Assembly: GCF_006345805.1 (NCBI RefSeq)
Contig: NC_043002.1
Location: 53,630,001 to 53,694,000, forward strand
Length of the DNA: 64,000 nt
Direction of reading: 5' to 3'
Source: Octopus sinensis
Lineage: Eukaryota
A model generated the notes under the pieces. It saw only the letters and a program-made list of their open reading frames with translations. It had not been told where the DNA came from and made no database searches. Of the stretch, positions 1 to 12,390 are shown piece after piece. Position numbers and translations under genes: made by a program. How positions within the stretch are numbered: position 1 is the stretch's first letter; each line of letters opens with the position of its first letter.

Positions 1-415
1 AATGTAATCGACAACCCTTCTCCCTAAACTGCTGACCTTGTACCAAAATTATTAGGCCAGCTCATTGAACCGTTTGCGCATTGGGCGAAATACATATCTG
101 CACTTCTCTGGCTCTTTCGAGCTGAATAATATTAATGCAAGATTTATACTGGAGTCTATGTAATCGCCTAGGCCCTCTCCCCTCTAATTTCAGGCCTTGT
201 GCCTATAGTTAAAATAATTATTATTCCGGTGGGCAAGTACAATGGTCTGAGTGTCGCGAAAACGCATTGCCGTATTTATTCTGGCTCCTTACGATCTGAG
301 TTCAAATTTCGCTCAAGTACAATTTCCTTTTCAGATTTTCAATATCAGTAATAGAAAATACCAATTATGTAGTATAGTCGATTTTATCGATTCACACTGA
401 ACTCCCCAAATTGCA
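1..415 (+). mobile_element. Cluster of decayed octopus SINE copies (family A)
   Basis: Degenerate matches to the family motif 'ctgagttcaaatt...gtcgatgtaatcgac...ccttgtgcc' seen intact at 6301-6530. Confidence 0.55.
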
Positions 416-639
416 ATTAATACAGCTGCCGCTCTTGCTACTGCTATTACTACTACTGCCAAGACTGCTGGTACTATTACTGTTATATGTGTGTGTTTTT
501 TTTTAAATATAGATTCTAATATACTTACACACTAATTGAAAAAAGGAATTAATAGTAATCAATATCTAATCAGTAGATAAAAGGTAATAGAAATTATATA
601 AAGCAAAAACACATTAATAGCTAATACGGGCACACATAC

Positions 640-798
640 GTACATACATAAGTATGTACGTATGTATGTATATATGTGTATCTGTGTGTATGTATATATA
701 TATATATATATATATACTTCCATATTCATGCATGTCTATATAAAAGTATAATCTATCGTAGGATAAAACATACACATATTATATATATATATATATAG

Positions 799-880
<82 letters not shown>

Positions 881-980
881 TATATATATATACATACATA
901 CATACATACATGCATACATACATACATACATACATACATACATACATACATACATACATACATACATACATACATACACA
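640..980. repeat. (TA)n/(CATA)n microsatellite block
   Basis: Direct reading; source of the spurious YI/MYVC ORFs. Confidence 0.95.
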
Positions 981-1274
981 TGAAAGTAAAGAAGATATAG
1001 TGGTAGCTTGTACGATTATACGCAGTAATCTATTATGGAATATAGAGAAATGACAATACACTCTGGCACTTTACTAGGTGAATAAATTCAGCAGACCTCT
1101 GCATTTTACGCATCGGTTGCATCACAAACCTTTCACAATTTATGTTTATAAGACGTTTCGACGGCAAACGCACGGTGTGCACTGTTCCAAACCATAAGAG
1201 TAAGTGAACAAAACCAACAAGGCGTTAGCTATAAGAAGACACAATTACCACTATCTAACTTTTCTGGCCGCATA

Positions 1275-1664
1275 CTAATCTCTCTCTATATAAACGGCAG
1301 TTTGTCTGTCTGCGTGTCTGTGTGTCTGTTGGGTTGTACCCTCACCCTGACCACGGCTTTTAACCGATTCTGATGAAACTTGACACACACATAGCCCAAT
1401 GTCATAATTCAAAACTAACGCAGCGAAAATTTTGAAAAGTTCCCCCAGTTCTGAAAAAAATCGATAAATTCGACATGGAGTCGAGAATCAGAAACACAAA
1501 CCACAGACTGTCTAGGGGACGCAACTCGACCTTTTTAACTCTCAAAAAAATTTACCATCATTTTTTTCCCTTTTTTTTTTGCTATTTTTTGGCTATAACT
1601 CTCTAAAAATGCTTTATAGTTATTTCCCTTACAAACCCGAGCAACGCCAGGCGATACTGCTAGT
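1275..1664 (+). mobile_element. Non-autonomous Helitron/Helentron (HINE/DINE-like) element
   Basis: Starts near tctctctatataaa, has an internal (TCTG/TG)n microsatellite, and ends 'cgagcaacgccaggcgatactgCTAGT', typical of DINE/HINE termini. Confidence 0.6.
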
Positions 1665-1715
1665 GACCGTATAAAATACGGGTGGGTTTTTTGTTGCACG
1701 AAATATATATTAAAT

Positions 1716-1936
1716 ATTGGTTTCAAAATTTGAAACAGGGCCAGCAATTTTGGAGGAGGGATTAATTTTTGATTACATCGAATCCAGTACTCAACTGGTA
1801 CTTTATTTTGTCGAACCCGAAAGGATGACAGGCAAAGTCGACCTCGGCGGAATTTGAACTCAGAACGTAATAACGGATAAAATGCTGCAAAACATTTTGC
1901 CCAGCGTGCTAACCATTCTGCCAGCTCGCTGCCTTA
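1716..1936 (-). mobile_element. Octopus SINE family A
   Basis: Reverse complement of 'ggcagcgagctggcaga...ttctgagttcaaattccgccgaggtcgactttgcc...tcatcctttcggg' (tRNA B-box-like GAGTTCAAATTC). Confidence 0.85.
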
Positions 1937-2799
1937 AGTATATATTAAATATTGATTCCTGCTTTGTTTTGTTTATATTATGGTATCTAAAATTTTAAGA
2001 CCGCGGACAATCAATGTTTTAAATTTTTTTTTTTTTCCATTTTGAGCTAAACGAGACTTGAATACAGAGTGTAATGAACCAGAACAAATATTCATTTAAA
2101 CGTGACAGCAGCTGTTCGACATAGCCCCACAAGTCAACAATACCCGGACACTAAACGGGGGCGTGCAGAACGGTTTTGTCACTCTGCGCGTGCCTCGGAC
2201 TAGCCCATCTGACAGTACATCTGTGCCAATAAAGTTTATCTCGAACCGGTAGCGCCCCCCACCGGTAGCACAACTAGACCTACGAAATCTGGAAATTATC
2301 CATGATAGTTCCCGACCAGAAAGTCCTCCGGAACAGACTAGCCTGTTCGTTCGTGTCGGCGCCCAGAGTCTCCCCGAGAACGTCGTCGCACTTCCTCGCC
2401 AATAGTCCTCTATAACCCTTTAAAGTGGAACATCCACCGATCCCATTGCCAGGCTGGTAGAGGGCTGTGAGCGCCTGATGACATTGGAGGTGCCAGGCGC
2501 CTATTCACGGTCTTCTCTTCACCCAAGACTGCAGCTCCGCCAAAGAGACGAAGCTAGTTGTAAAATATTAACTATACTAACAGGTAAAGTTAATCGCCAC
2601 ATCAAAGTGGCTGTTCCATGTTACAGCTAGTTTAACTCAGGCAGATCTTCCACTAGCTGGTTATCGGTGCGCGCTGTAGCCTGTATATTCACATATATTG
2701 TTAGCAGGTGTAGTGAGACTGACTCAGTTTCGAGCTGGTGGGTTCATCTTCAGTCGCGAGTGCCTGGTCGCCAGAGTTATAGCCAGGGTCTGCTCCAGC

Positions 2800-2992
2800 C
2801 AGCAGAGAAGTAAATGGAACAAATAGGGGCTGCAATAAGGGTGGAGCACTTGCAGAATACAGCACTGCTTGAAATCGCTCGAATACTCCGGATGGCGCTC
2901 TAAAAACAAGGGGTGTTACCTTAGTTCACTGGTAGTGAACAGCTGGCACCGTAGTACATATCCAGCTATCGAAGCTGTTCAAGAACAATAAT
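2800..2992 (+). mobile_element. 3' tip of an R4/Dong-like (RLE) non-LTR retrotransposon
   Basis: 2814-2903 translates MEQIGAAIRVEHLQNTALLEIARILRMAL*, the conserved C-terminus of RLE elements (cf. QKIALLGTAHILRRTL at ~62.1 kb). The 3' UTR resembles 63481-63555. Confidence 0.75.
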
Positions 2993-3029
2993 GTGTGTGT
3001 GGCAGAATGTGTATGTGTGTAATAATTAC

Positions 3030-3312
3030 GAGAAGAAAAAAAGGAGGAGAAGGATGATGATGATGAGGGGGGGGGTGGAGGTGGAGGTGGTGGTGGTGGT
3101 GGTGGTGATAGAGAAGGTGATGGTGGTGGTGGAGAAGGTGGTGGCGGAGAAGGTGGAGGAAGAAGAAGAAGAAGAAGAGGAGGTGGAGGAAGATAAGAAG
3201 GATGAGGTGGATGGAGGAAGAGAAGAAGAAGAAGAAGAAGAAGAAGAAGAAGAAGAAGAAGAAGAAGAAGAAGAAGAAGAAGAAGAAGAGAAGAAGAAGA
3301 AGAAGAAGATAA
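3030..3312. repeat. Compound (GGA/GAT/GGT/GAA)n microsatellite
   Basis: Direct reading. Confidence 0.95.
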
Positions 3313-4499
3313 TATAAGCCAATCAGAAAAAAAAAGTGCATTGATATTCCCGGACGTTGATATATGTATTGAGAGGAAACCACCAGCTAGCGCAGTATAA
3401 TTTTTCAATTATCAGAATATCGAAAAGGCAAATTATAGAACCAACGATGGGGACACTCCCTGGCAACTCATATGCTAGCAATAACCGCCCAAAAGTCTCT
3501 GAAATGAAGCAATAAAGTCTTCATTAAAAAAAAAAAAAGTCATATGCCGAACATTGTAATGTCTAATATGCAAAGCAGATTGGATGGCTGTAACAGGACT
3601 GCCTTATTATACGTATCTGCTATAAGATTTAAACAAATGACAATATACCATAGCGCTTTACCAAGTGCATGAATTCGGCCAACTTCTTTCGTTTAGCTGC
3701 TATGCCGCTGGGAATAGCAATACTTTGAAGCTCCTAAAGCGACTCCTACAGCATACATTGCATTAGATCCCTAGACTCGTGGTGCTCCTACGAAAGTGCT
3801 TAGTGTACTCATCTCTTAAGACGGCACTCATTGTACATGCTATTTCTTTGGTCAATAAATAACTCAATCGAAGATTTGGGGAGACTAAACAAGAACAACA
3901 GCAATAGCGACTGTAACAATTTCTAATAAAAAGGAAGCCTCCTACATCAGTTGGGATCAGTTTTTGTACAGTTAACCCAGTCCATCTATCCACCAGTAGA
4001 CTAAATACTAGTCAAGCACTGGGGATAATTTAAACGCATGTGTTCCCCAAAATCTGTGGCCCCGTGCCAATTTTTAGAGATAATTTGATTATTTCGTCAT
4101 GGCGAAGTATGTTGATTGTTTGTGGTGGATTTCTTACCTATCTTCCCTGACATTTCTCACACTCGTTTATTCCTAGGGGAAATTTCATCAATTATGTAGA
4201 TTTCTTCTCTTAGTACATCTAATTCTCTCCGGGCATTTACTTTCAGAAGTATAGAGATTTATCTCTGTAATACCTACATTTACATTCAACATTATTTTCC
4301 AGAAGATTTTGCCATCTCTCTGGATGATTGCACGATGTGAAATGCATGGAAATTTGAGATAAGATAAATAAATATAGAACTAATAATATGCAGAATAAAA
4401 ACAGCGACGGATGGGTGGATGGGTGTAAGACACAACACAAAAATCACTAAAATCAGCAATATTTGCCATGCTGTTTATGTTAAAGGGTATGATGAAGGT

Positions 4500-4537
4500 A
4501 GTGATGATGAGGACGACGACGGCGACGATCACCATGA

Positions 4538-4592
<55 letters not shown>
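4500..4592. repeat. (GAT)n microsatellite
   Basis: Direct reading. Confidence 0.95.
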
Positions 4593-4593
<1 letters not shown>

Positions 4594-5361
4594 CAGATAT
4601 TAATAACATGAAATAAAAAAGGGTATTTATATAAATTTTATAGGAGAGAAATTTATATTTATTCATTTATTCATATAAATATAATTTCTTATGTATATAT
4701 GGTGAGTTTTGTTTTGCATGAGAGTACGTGTGCTTGTATGAATGCGTATGTGCGGTTGTTAGCGTATATGTACACACACACATACACACACAAGCATGCA
4801 CACGCACACACACATGCACATACACATACACACATATGTGTGCATGTATGTATATGCATATATATGTGTAAATATATACAAGCATAAATATACATCTACT
4901 CATATATGTATGCACGTATGCGTGGTTATATGTATATATGTACATAGCAGGGTTCCCCTTGTCTTCCCTCCTCCCTGTTGGTGAGTTGGTATGGAGAGAG
5001 ATCCGCTGAAATTCTTGCTGGAGTATATTCCAAGACTAACACCGTTTTTTATCAGTTTCGGAATAACATACTTTTGTCGTTGACTGAAGGCATAATTCGA
5101 ACTCAGACTGAAAAGAGCCGAAGCAGCGACAGCACCGCATGGAAACCTACAATGTAACAAAGTGTTAACCTACCCAGAGCCGTCATAGCATTATTAAAGG
5201 ACACCCGGGCAAATCACTGCCCTATATCATTATCTATTGGCACCAGGCCACAACGTGCATAGATAAGAATCAGGACCTTGGACCCATGAGGCCCCAGTCA
5301 AATCAATGCACAGGACACTATACCATTCATTTATTGACAGCAAGCCACAACATACGTAGTG

Positions 5362-5690
5362 GAGGCGGGTCGCTTAGTGGTTAGTGATCGTAAGATTGTG
5401 GTTTCGATTCCTGGACTGGGTGATACGTTGTACTCTTGAACGAAACACTTCATTTCTCTTCGCTCTAGTCCACTCAGCTGGCAAAAATGAGTAACCGTCC
5501 AGGTGGGGATTATATGTGCCATGAAACCGGGAATCAGGCCCTTATGAGTTGGCATGGCTCGAGAAGGTAACTTTTCCTTTGCCTTATAGCATACATAGAT
5601 CAAAATTGGGCCCTTAGACATGTGAGAGCCTAGTACCTGCCTTAAGGTAGTACTGAAACACCACCCTCTCGTGCACTGACTACAGTAGAC
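5362..5690 (+). mobile_element. Octopus SINE family B (tRNA head)
   Basis: A-box 'cttagtggttag', B-box 'ggtttcgattcctgg', body 'ctccagtccactcagctggcaaaaatgagt'-like. Confidence 0.75.
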
Positions 5691-5754
5691 GTTGTATATA
5701 TATGCCTACTACTGTAGACGTTTATATACGTTGTAAAATATATTTTGTCTTTAT

Positions 5755-5950
5755 TCTTTTACTCGTTTCTGTTATTAGACTGCGGCCATGCTGGAGAACC
5801 GCCTTTAAGATTTTTTAGTCAAATGAATCGACCCCAAGACTTATTCTATCGATCCATTTTGCCGAACCGCCCTAGATGCCATACAGTGAGATTGAACCTG
5901 GAACCATATGGTTGGAAAGTAAGCTTCTTAGCACATAGCCACGCCTACGC
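5755..5950 (-). mobile_element. Octopus SINE family C (CORE-type) fragments
   Basis: Reverse complement of 'ggcggttctccagcatggccgcagtc' tail and 'ggttccaggttcaatctcac' head. Confidence 0.65.
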
Positions 5951-6129
5951 CTAGATATACTTTTATCGTATCTCGCTTGTCTTTTACCATTCTTTCTCCC
6001 CATCCTTAACATAAATCACTACACAAATTGTTATCTGTCTTTGTGATGATCCTCTCATCTTTGCCCGTGTGGCAAATAAAAGAATTGGGTTAAGTTGATT
6101 ACACCATCCCCAGTGTTCAACTTTACGAC

Positions 6130-6700
6130 CAAATTTATGCTCTGAATAAATTCCGCCGAGGTCGACATTACCTTTCATTCTTTCGGAGTCGATAAAAAAA
6201 GCACCAGTTGTGCAGCGAGTCGATGTAATCGGCTAGCCACCGCCCACGAAGTTGCTGGCCGTGCACCAAAATTTGAAATCGTTATTATTGTTAGTAGTAG
6301 GGCGGCGAGCTGGCAGAAAAGTTAGCACGTCGGGCGAAATACTTAGCGGTATTTCGTCTGGCGTTAGGTTCTGAGTTTAAATTAAGCCGAGGTCGACTTT
6401 GCCTTTCATCCTTTCGGGTTCAATAAATTAAGTACCAGTTATGCACTGGGTCGATGTAATCAACTTAATCCATTTGCCTGTCCTTGTTTGTCCTCTCTGT
6501 GTTTAACCCCTTTTGGGTAGTAAAGAAATAGGTATTTCGTCTACCGCTACGTTTTGAGTTCAAATTCCACCAAGGTCAACTTTGCCTTTCCACCTTTCAG
6601 AGTCGATCACTTGAGTACCAGTGAAATTCTGGGGTCGATGTAATCGACTAATCTCTTCCCCCGAAACATTAGGACTTGTGCCTATGATAGAAAGGATTGT
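6130..6700 (+). mobile_element. Three head-to-tail SINE family A copies
   Basis: 'aattccgccgaggtcgac...gtcgatgtaatc'-like body repeated at ~6150, ~6380 and ~6560. Confidence 0.85.
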
Positions 6701-6726
6701 TATTGTTATTATTATCATCATCATCA

Positions 6727-6781
<55 letters not shown>

Positions 6782-6798
6782 CATTATTATTATTATTA

Positions 6799-6877
<79 letters not shown>

Positions 6878-6900
6878 CAGCAGCAACAGTAATAGCAGCC

Positions 6901-6953
<53 letters not shown>

Positions 6954-6990
6954 CTGCAGCAGAAGCAATGGCGGTGATGGCGGTGATGGC
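6698..6990. repeat. (ATT)n-(AGT)n-(GGC/T) compound microsatellite
   Basis: Direct reading. Confidence 0.95.
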
Positions 6991-7453
6991 GGCTACAGCA
7001 GCAGTATAGATTCTTATTCAACTTCCACGCATGTTGAAGTATTGAGAAAGTTTCCACATGACATGGTTGAGAATTCACGAAGCTATATGCTAGATAAACA
7101 TATAGATATATCGTCACATGCACTTAATTTAGGAGTATTTCACACCTGAACTAATCTGAAATTTGATACGAACGATATCAGAAAATCCAATTTAGGAGCG
7201 TTTCTCTGTACACGCCGCATCTAACAACATTGAAAATTGTCTTGTATATTTGTCGACGAACTTTTTGGTATATTTTTTTCTAATTTTCTTTCAATGCGCA
7301 TGCGCTGGCATACTCACACACACACACATACATACACATACACACATATATATTATTTTCGTTGAGTAACTCACTGGACCCTATGCACCCACAAGCTAAA
7401 CTCAGAGTAGTAAGGAGATAGACTCGACGAAATAGAAATATTTTTAATAGTAA

Positions 7454-7505
7454 TCTCTGCTATGGTATCGAGTAATCTTTTTTTTTAACAGTCAGCATTA
7501 ACTAA

Positions 7506-7561
<56 letters not shown>

Positions 7562-7679
7562 TTTATTAATGGTATCGAGTAATCTTTCTTTTTAACAGTC
7601 AGCATTAAATAATGAATATATATATATCATTATTTAATGCTGACTGTTAAAAAAAAGATTACTCGATACCATAGCAGAG

Positions 7680-7680
<1 letters not shown>
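7454..7680. repeat. ~50-bp unit as tandem plus inverted copies around (TA)n
   Basis: 'atggtatcgagtaatcttt..tttaacagtcagcattaa' at 7462 and 7569; reverse complement at 7627-7680. Confidence 0.9.
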
Positions 7681-7710
<30 letters not shown>

Positions 7711-7752
7711 TGTATGTATGTATGTATGTATGTATGTATGTATGTATGTATA

Positions 7753-7783
<31 letters not shown>

Positions 7784-7844
7784 ATGTATGTATGTATGTA
7801 TGTATGTATGTACATATGTATGCATGTATGTATATTTATATGTG

Positions 7845-8155
7845 AAGGCGCGTGACTTAGTGGTTTGAGTATTCGGTTCCTCCCGATCATAAGGTCGCGA
7901 GTTCGATTCCCGGCAGCGCTTTGTGTCCTTGAGCAAGGCACTTTATTTCATGTTGCTCCAGTTCGCTCAGCTGGCAAAAATGAGTAATTCCTGTATTTCA
8001 AACGGCCAGCCTTCTCACACTTGTATCACGCTGAATCTCTGAGAACTATGTTAAGCGTATCCGTGTCTCTGGAATGCTCAGCCACTTGTACGTCAATTTC
8101 ACGAACAGGCTGTTCCGTTGATCGGGTCATCTCGATCACTCGTCGTCGTAAGCGA
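7845..8155 (+). mobile_element. Octopus SINE family B
   Basis: 'ggcgcgtgacttagtggtt...gagttcgattcccggc...ttgagcaaggcactttatttc...ctcagctggcaaaaatgagt'. Confidence 0.85.
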
Positions 8156-8439
8156 ACAGGGTGCCATATTTATTTATATATATCTATATATATATGCATA
8201 TAGATACCATATACATTGGTACACAAACACACACACACACATAATTATACATATACATATAGATTTATATACATATAAATATATATATCGATATAAAAGC
8301 TAAAACAATACTGTGATGTATGTATGCCTATATGTATGTATATATGTATGTATGTATGTTTGTATGCATGTATGTATGTATTTGTATGTATGTATTGGTA
8401 CATTTCAAAATATCTTTCTTCGTATTTATAGCCTAGTTC

Positions 8440-8501
<62 letters not shown>

Positions 8502-8872
8502 CACACATATATATATACATATATACATACACACACACACATATATATATATATACATATATACATACACACATGTATATAAACATATATACACATATAT
8601 ATCTATGTAATAATAAAAGGGTAAAATTAATTAATTATTAATTAAATAATTAAATAATTTTACCTTTTTATTATTATTGAAATATAATTTACTCCATGAT
8701 CGAAAACTACAATTTCTGCGGAATTACTTGCAGCACACGTGGATATTTGAGGATAAATACGTGTTCTCATTCAGCTGTTTAATTTTGGAAGTGTTGGTTA
8801 AATATCAGTTATGCGATGGCGCTTGATCGCCTACATAGTTAATTCTAACAGTCTGAAATTTATATTTCAAAC

Positions 8873-8940
8873 GCTGCACAGAAGATGGGAAATAAGTAAG
8901 TAAATATAACTTTACTTTAATCCCGAAACACGTATGTAGC
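8873..8940 (+). ncRNA. Degenerate type I hammerhead ribozyme motif
   Basis: GCUGCA-CAGAAGA-U-GGGA(30 nt)UCCC-GAAA-CACG-UA-UGUAGC. Helix I 6 bp, helix II GGGA/UCCC, core U4>A, GUA cleavage triplet. Confidence 0.65.
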
Positions 8941-9145
8941 TAATCTGAGTCGTGTGGTTTCGTTATTTTTTCTCTTTGCCTACGTAAAAGAAGTGTGTTA
9001 CTGTCTGAGAGATATTTATGGTAGCGGAAAAGTTATTTTAGCTACTATTTTTAAATTCGGTGCGTGGCGAAGCAATTAGCTAACCCCTGATTATAATTAT
9101 GCTTATAATAATAGAATATTTACATATATGTATATGTGTATATAT

Positions 9146-9638
9146 GCATAATAATGTAAATAATATATAAATATATGCATATATACTTACATATATGTAC
9201 ATACCTACATATATATATGTATATATACATGCATATATGTATACAGGATATCCAAAAACCGTATGTATATATACATGCATATATGTATACAGGACATCCA
9301 AAAAACGTTGAACACAATGAGAAACGAAATCATAAAAACAAAAACATGGAAACGAACTTTTTTTCGAACAACGAAAAAAAACAGAGAAACGAGACATACA
9401 ACATAAAGAATATTCCCCTTCTTCAGTTGTCCCTGTTTCATCTATACCACGTTTGTTTCTTCGTTGTTCGAAAAAAAGTTCGTTTCTATGTTTTTTTTTA
9501 TATGTTTTCCTTTCTCATTGTGTTCAACGTCTTTTTGATGCCCTGTACCCATATATGCATGTATATATACATATATATGTAGGCATGTACATATATGTAT
9601 ATGTGCATATATTTATATATTATTTATATTATTATATG
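9146..9638. repeat. Imperfect inverted repeat (arms ~9146-9375 and ~9460-9638) of a Penelope pLTR-like family
   Basis: 'caggacatccaaaaaacgttgaacacaatgagaaacg...ttcgaacaacgaa' vs its reverse complement from 9460; related to 18871-19043. Confidence 0.8.
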
Positions 9639-9667
9639 ATCGAACGCCACGCATCCTTTTCCAAGTA

Positions 9668-9719
<52 letters not shown>

Positions 9720-9721
<2 letters not shown>

Positions 9722-10120
9722 CGCATGAGTGGCTGTGTGGTAAGTAGCTTGTTTACCAACCACATGGTTCCGGGTTCAGTCCCACTGCGTAGCACCTTGG
9801 GCAAGTGTCTTCTACTATAGCCTCGGGCCGACCAAAGCCTTGTGAGTGGATTTGGTAAACGGAAACTGAAAGAAGCCCGTCGTATATATGTACATATATA
9901 TATGCGTGCGCGTGTTTGTCCTCCTAGCATTGCTTGATAACCGATGCTGGTGTGTTTATGTCCCTGTTACTTAGCGTTTCGGCAAAAGTGACCGATAGAA
10001 TAAGTACTGGGCTTATAAAAGAATAAGTCCCGGGGTCGATTTGCTCGATTAAAAGGCGGTGCTCCAGCATGGCCGCAGTCAAATGACTGAAACAAGTAAA
10101 AGAGTAAAGGAGTAAAGAGA
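9720..10120 (+). mobile_element. Octopus SINE family C (OR-type CORE-SINE), full length
   Basis: tRNA head 'gtggtaagtagcttg...ggttccgggttcagtccc', CORE-like 'gcaccttgggcaagtgtctt', tail 'ggcggtgctccagcatggccgcagtc...gtaaaagagtaa'. Confidence 0.9.
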
Positions 10121-10190
<70 letters not shown>

Positions 10191-12303
10191 CACTTACTAA
10201 TATACAATACCATCAGATGTTGTAAAGCGGTTTGGGAAGTATCTTATTCTTTCCCAGCCGAGAGCAAATTTCAATATTTTTTAAAAATCCTAATCAAAGG
10301 GTGCGTCTTTGATTTCCGATTCGCTTTTGGCTTATGCTTCGATAATTTTGTCGCTCATATAAAATAACAAGAAATGTCTATTACTGAACGTTGATTCATA
10401 ACGGAACTTGCAGCTGCTATAACTCACCACAACTTATATTTCTACCTGCGCAACCAAGATGGTGTGGATTTAATACCATCAACTGGTTATGTTGGCCGCT
10501 AATATCGATTATGTTGTACGTTAAGACGGGTTATGCTCAAGAGAAGATTTGTCAAGAAAAGCTTGCTTCTCTCATACAGGAGAATGATCAAAAGCGTACT
10601 TAATAAGGGTAAATTTCTTATATCTTTCTTAGATATTTGCAAATAAATTTGCCCCGAGGTCTATGGTTGATGAGTGATAATTTTTGCCGGAATTTACTAC
10701 TTTTAATTACTGCCTCAATTCTGTTGGTAGTGTACCAACTAGTGAATGTTCGAGGTATAACTTACATCGGTTTCTCGAAAACCACTCTCCCAGATCAAAC
10801 ACAATCCATTGTATTATAAAATGTAGCCTCTCAGACTTCCCAAATTCCGGTAGATTTGTTCCATCTTTGTTTGAAGAGGTAACCTCTTGCCCATGTAGAA
10901 CGTCTGTATTTTCCTCAGATTTCCAAAACACTGGTAACCATGACTGCCGAGAGTTTAAGCATTATGTATGAAGCTTATGTTATCGTTCTCTATTTTAATT
11001 AATTGCTAAATCTAAGTCTGAACGGACCCAACTATACATTGTGGATTACTGCCATAACGTATTTTCCTTCGTTGCTGTAAATTAGAGGCAATATGTAGAC
11101 ACATATACACATATACATGCATACGTTCATAGATACATAGACACATACACACACATACATGTACATATATGAAAGTAGATTTATATAAATACATTGTATA
11201 AATAGAAAGATATACAAATGGATATTTGTGGATGCTCGTATACAAATATGCATACATACATACATACATACATACATACATACATACATACATACATACA
11301 TACATACATACGTACATACATACATACATACATACATACATACATACATACGTATATACATTCATGCTTCCAACAGACTCGCAATTTCACACCCAAATAG
11401 TAAATCTGCTCATATGAGAGAAGACGCTTTTCCAGTAACTTACTGAGGAAAAGCAACCACATGTCAACGCGGCAGGGATGTCCGAACTTCTTATCCTGAT
11501 AACCGCGCCTGCATTAAACTGACACAAATATTGAAGTTACACATCGGAAGAGAAAACCTTCATGCCATGTTTAGATATTTCCGAGAATCGATTTATAGCC
11601 AGTGCCAAATGGAAATTTACAAACGTATTTCTACAATGTATATAGGATTTTGATTGATGTATATCTAATACATGTATACATGGTGATCATAGAATTAATG
11701 TATGTACTATACTGGAAGCTAATGAAACTCGTGATATATACAGCTCTTTAACAGATTTCGCAGTTGCGATTTGACCTACTGAACACACCTATTTTACAGC
11801 TCAATAGATTAGCCGTCTTTAATTCAGGCCCTTGGCCAAGAAATCAGCACTTTGCCAATCCAAGTATCTGTCATCTCAGACAACGTATAATTCTTTTAAG
11901 AATCTGAGGCAGAGAAATGAAATAATTGAGTGTTCTTGGCAGAAAGGCATTTAACAGCTCTTTCTCACAGTATGGAGTCCATATATTCATACCAGATGGT
12001 GCTTCATGCAAGTTAAATTTAGTTTCCACATTCTGCACTCTACCTGAAAATTGTCAGCTTACCTTAGCATAAATTCTATTTTTACAAAATATACATACGG
12101 CATTGCTTAAAAAAATCCCTGAATATCAGTCGCCTTTATATAAACACCATACATGCACGTGTGCGCACATACACACGCACACACACACAATCTCAGACAG
12201 GCACGCAAGGGAAATATATGTGCATATACGTGTGTGTGTATGTGTGTTTGTGTATGTGTGTGCGCGCGTGCTTGTTTTTGTGGAAGTATGCATGCATATA
12301 TAT

Positions 12304-12334
<31 letters not shown>

Positions 12335-12338
12335 ATAT

Positions 12339-12390
<52 letters not shown>

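Noticed and set aside
1120-1190. Minus-strand GAAACGUC with a possible helix I
   Set aside because: No CUGANGA-like core upstream.
1365-1385. CUGAUGA in the Helitron-like element
   Set aside because: No compatible helices or GAAA/NUH arrangement.
7845-7920. tRNA-like sequences (also 5362, 9720, 51548)
   Set aside because: They are SINE heads continuing into SINE bodies; no complete cloverleaf.
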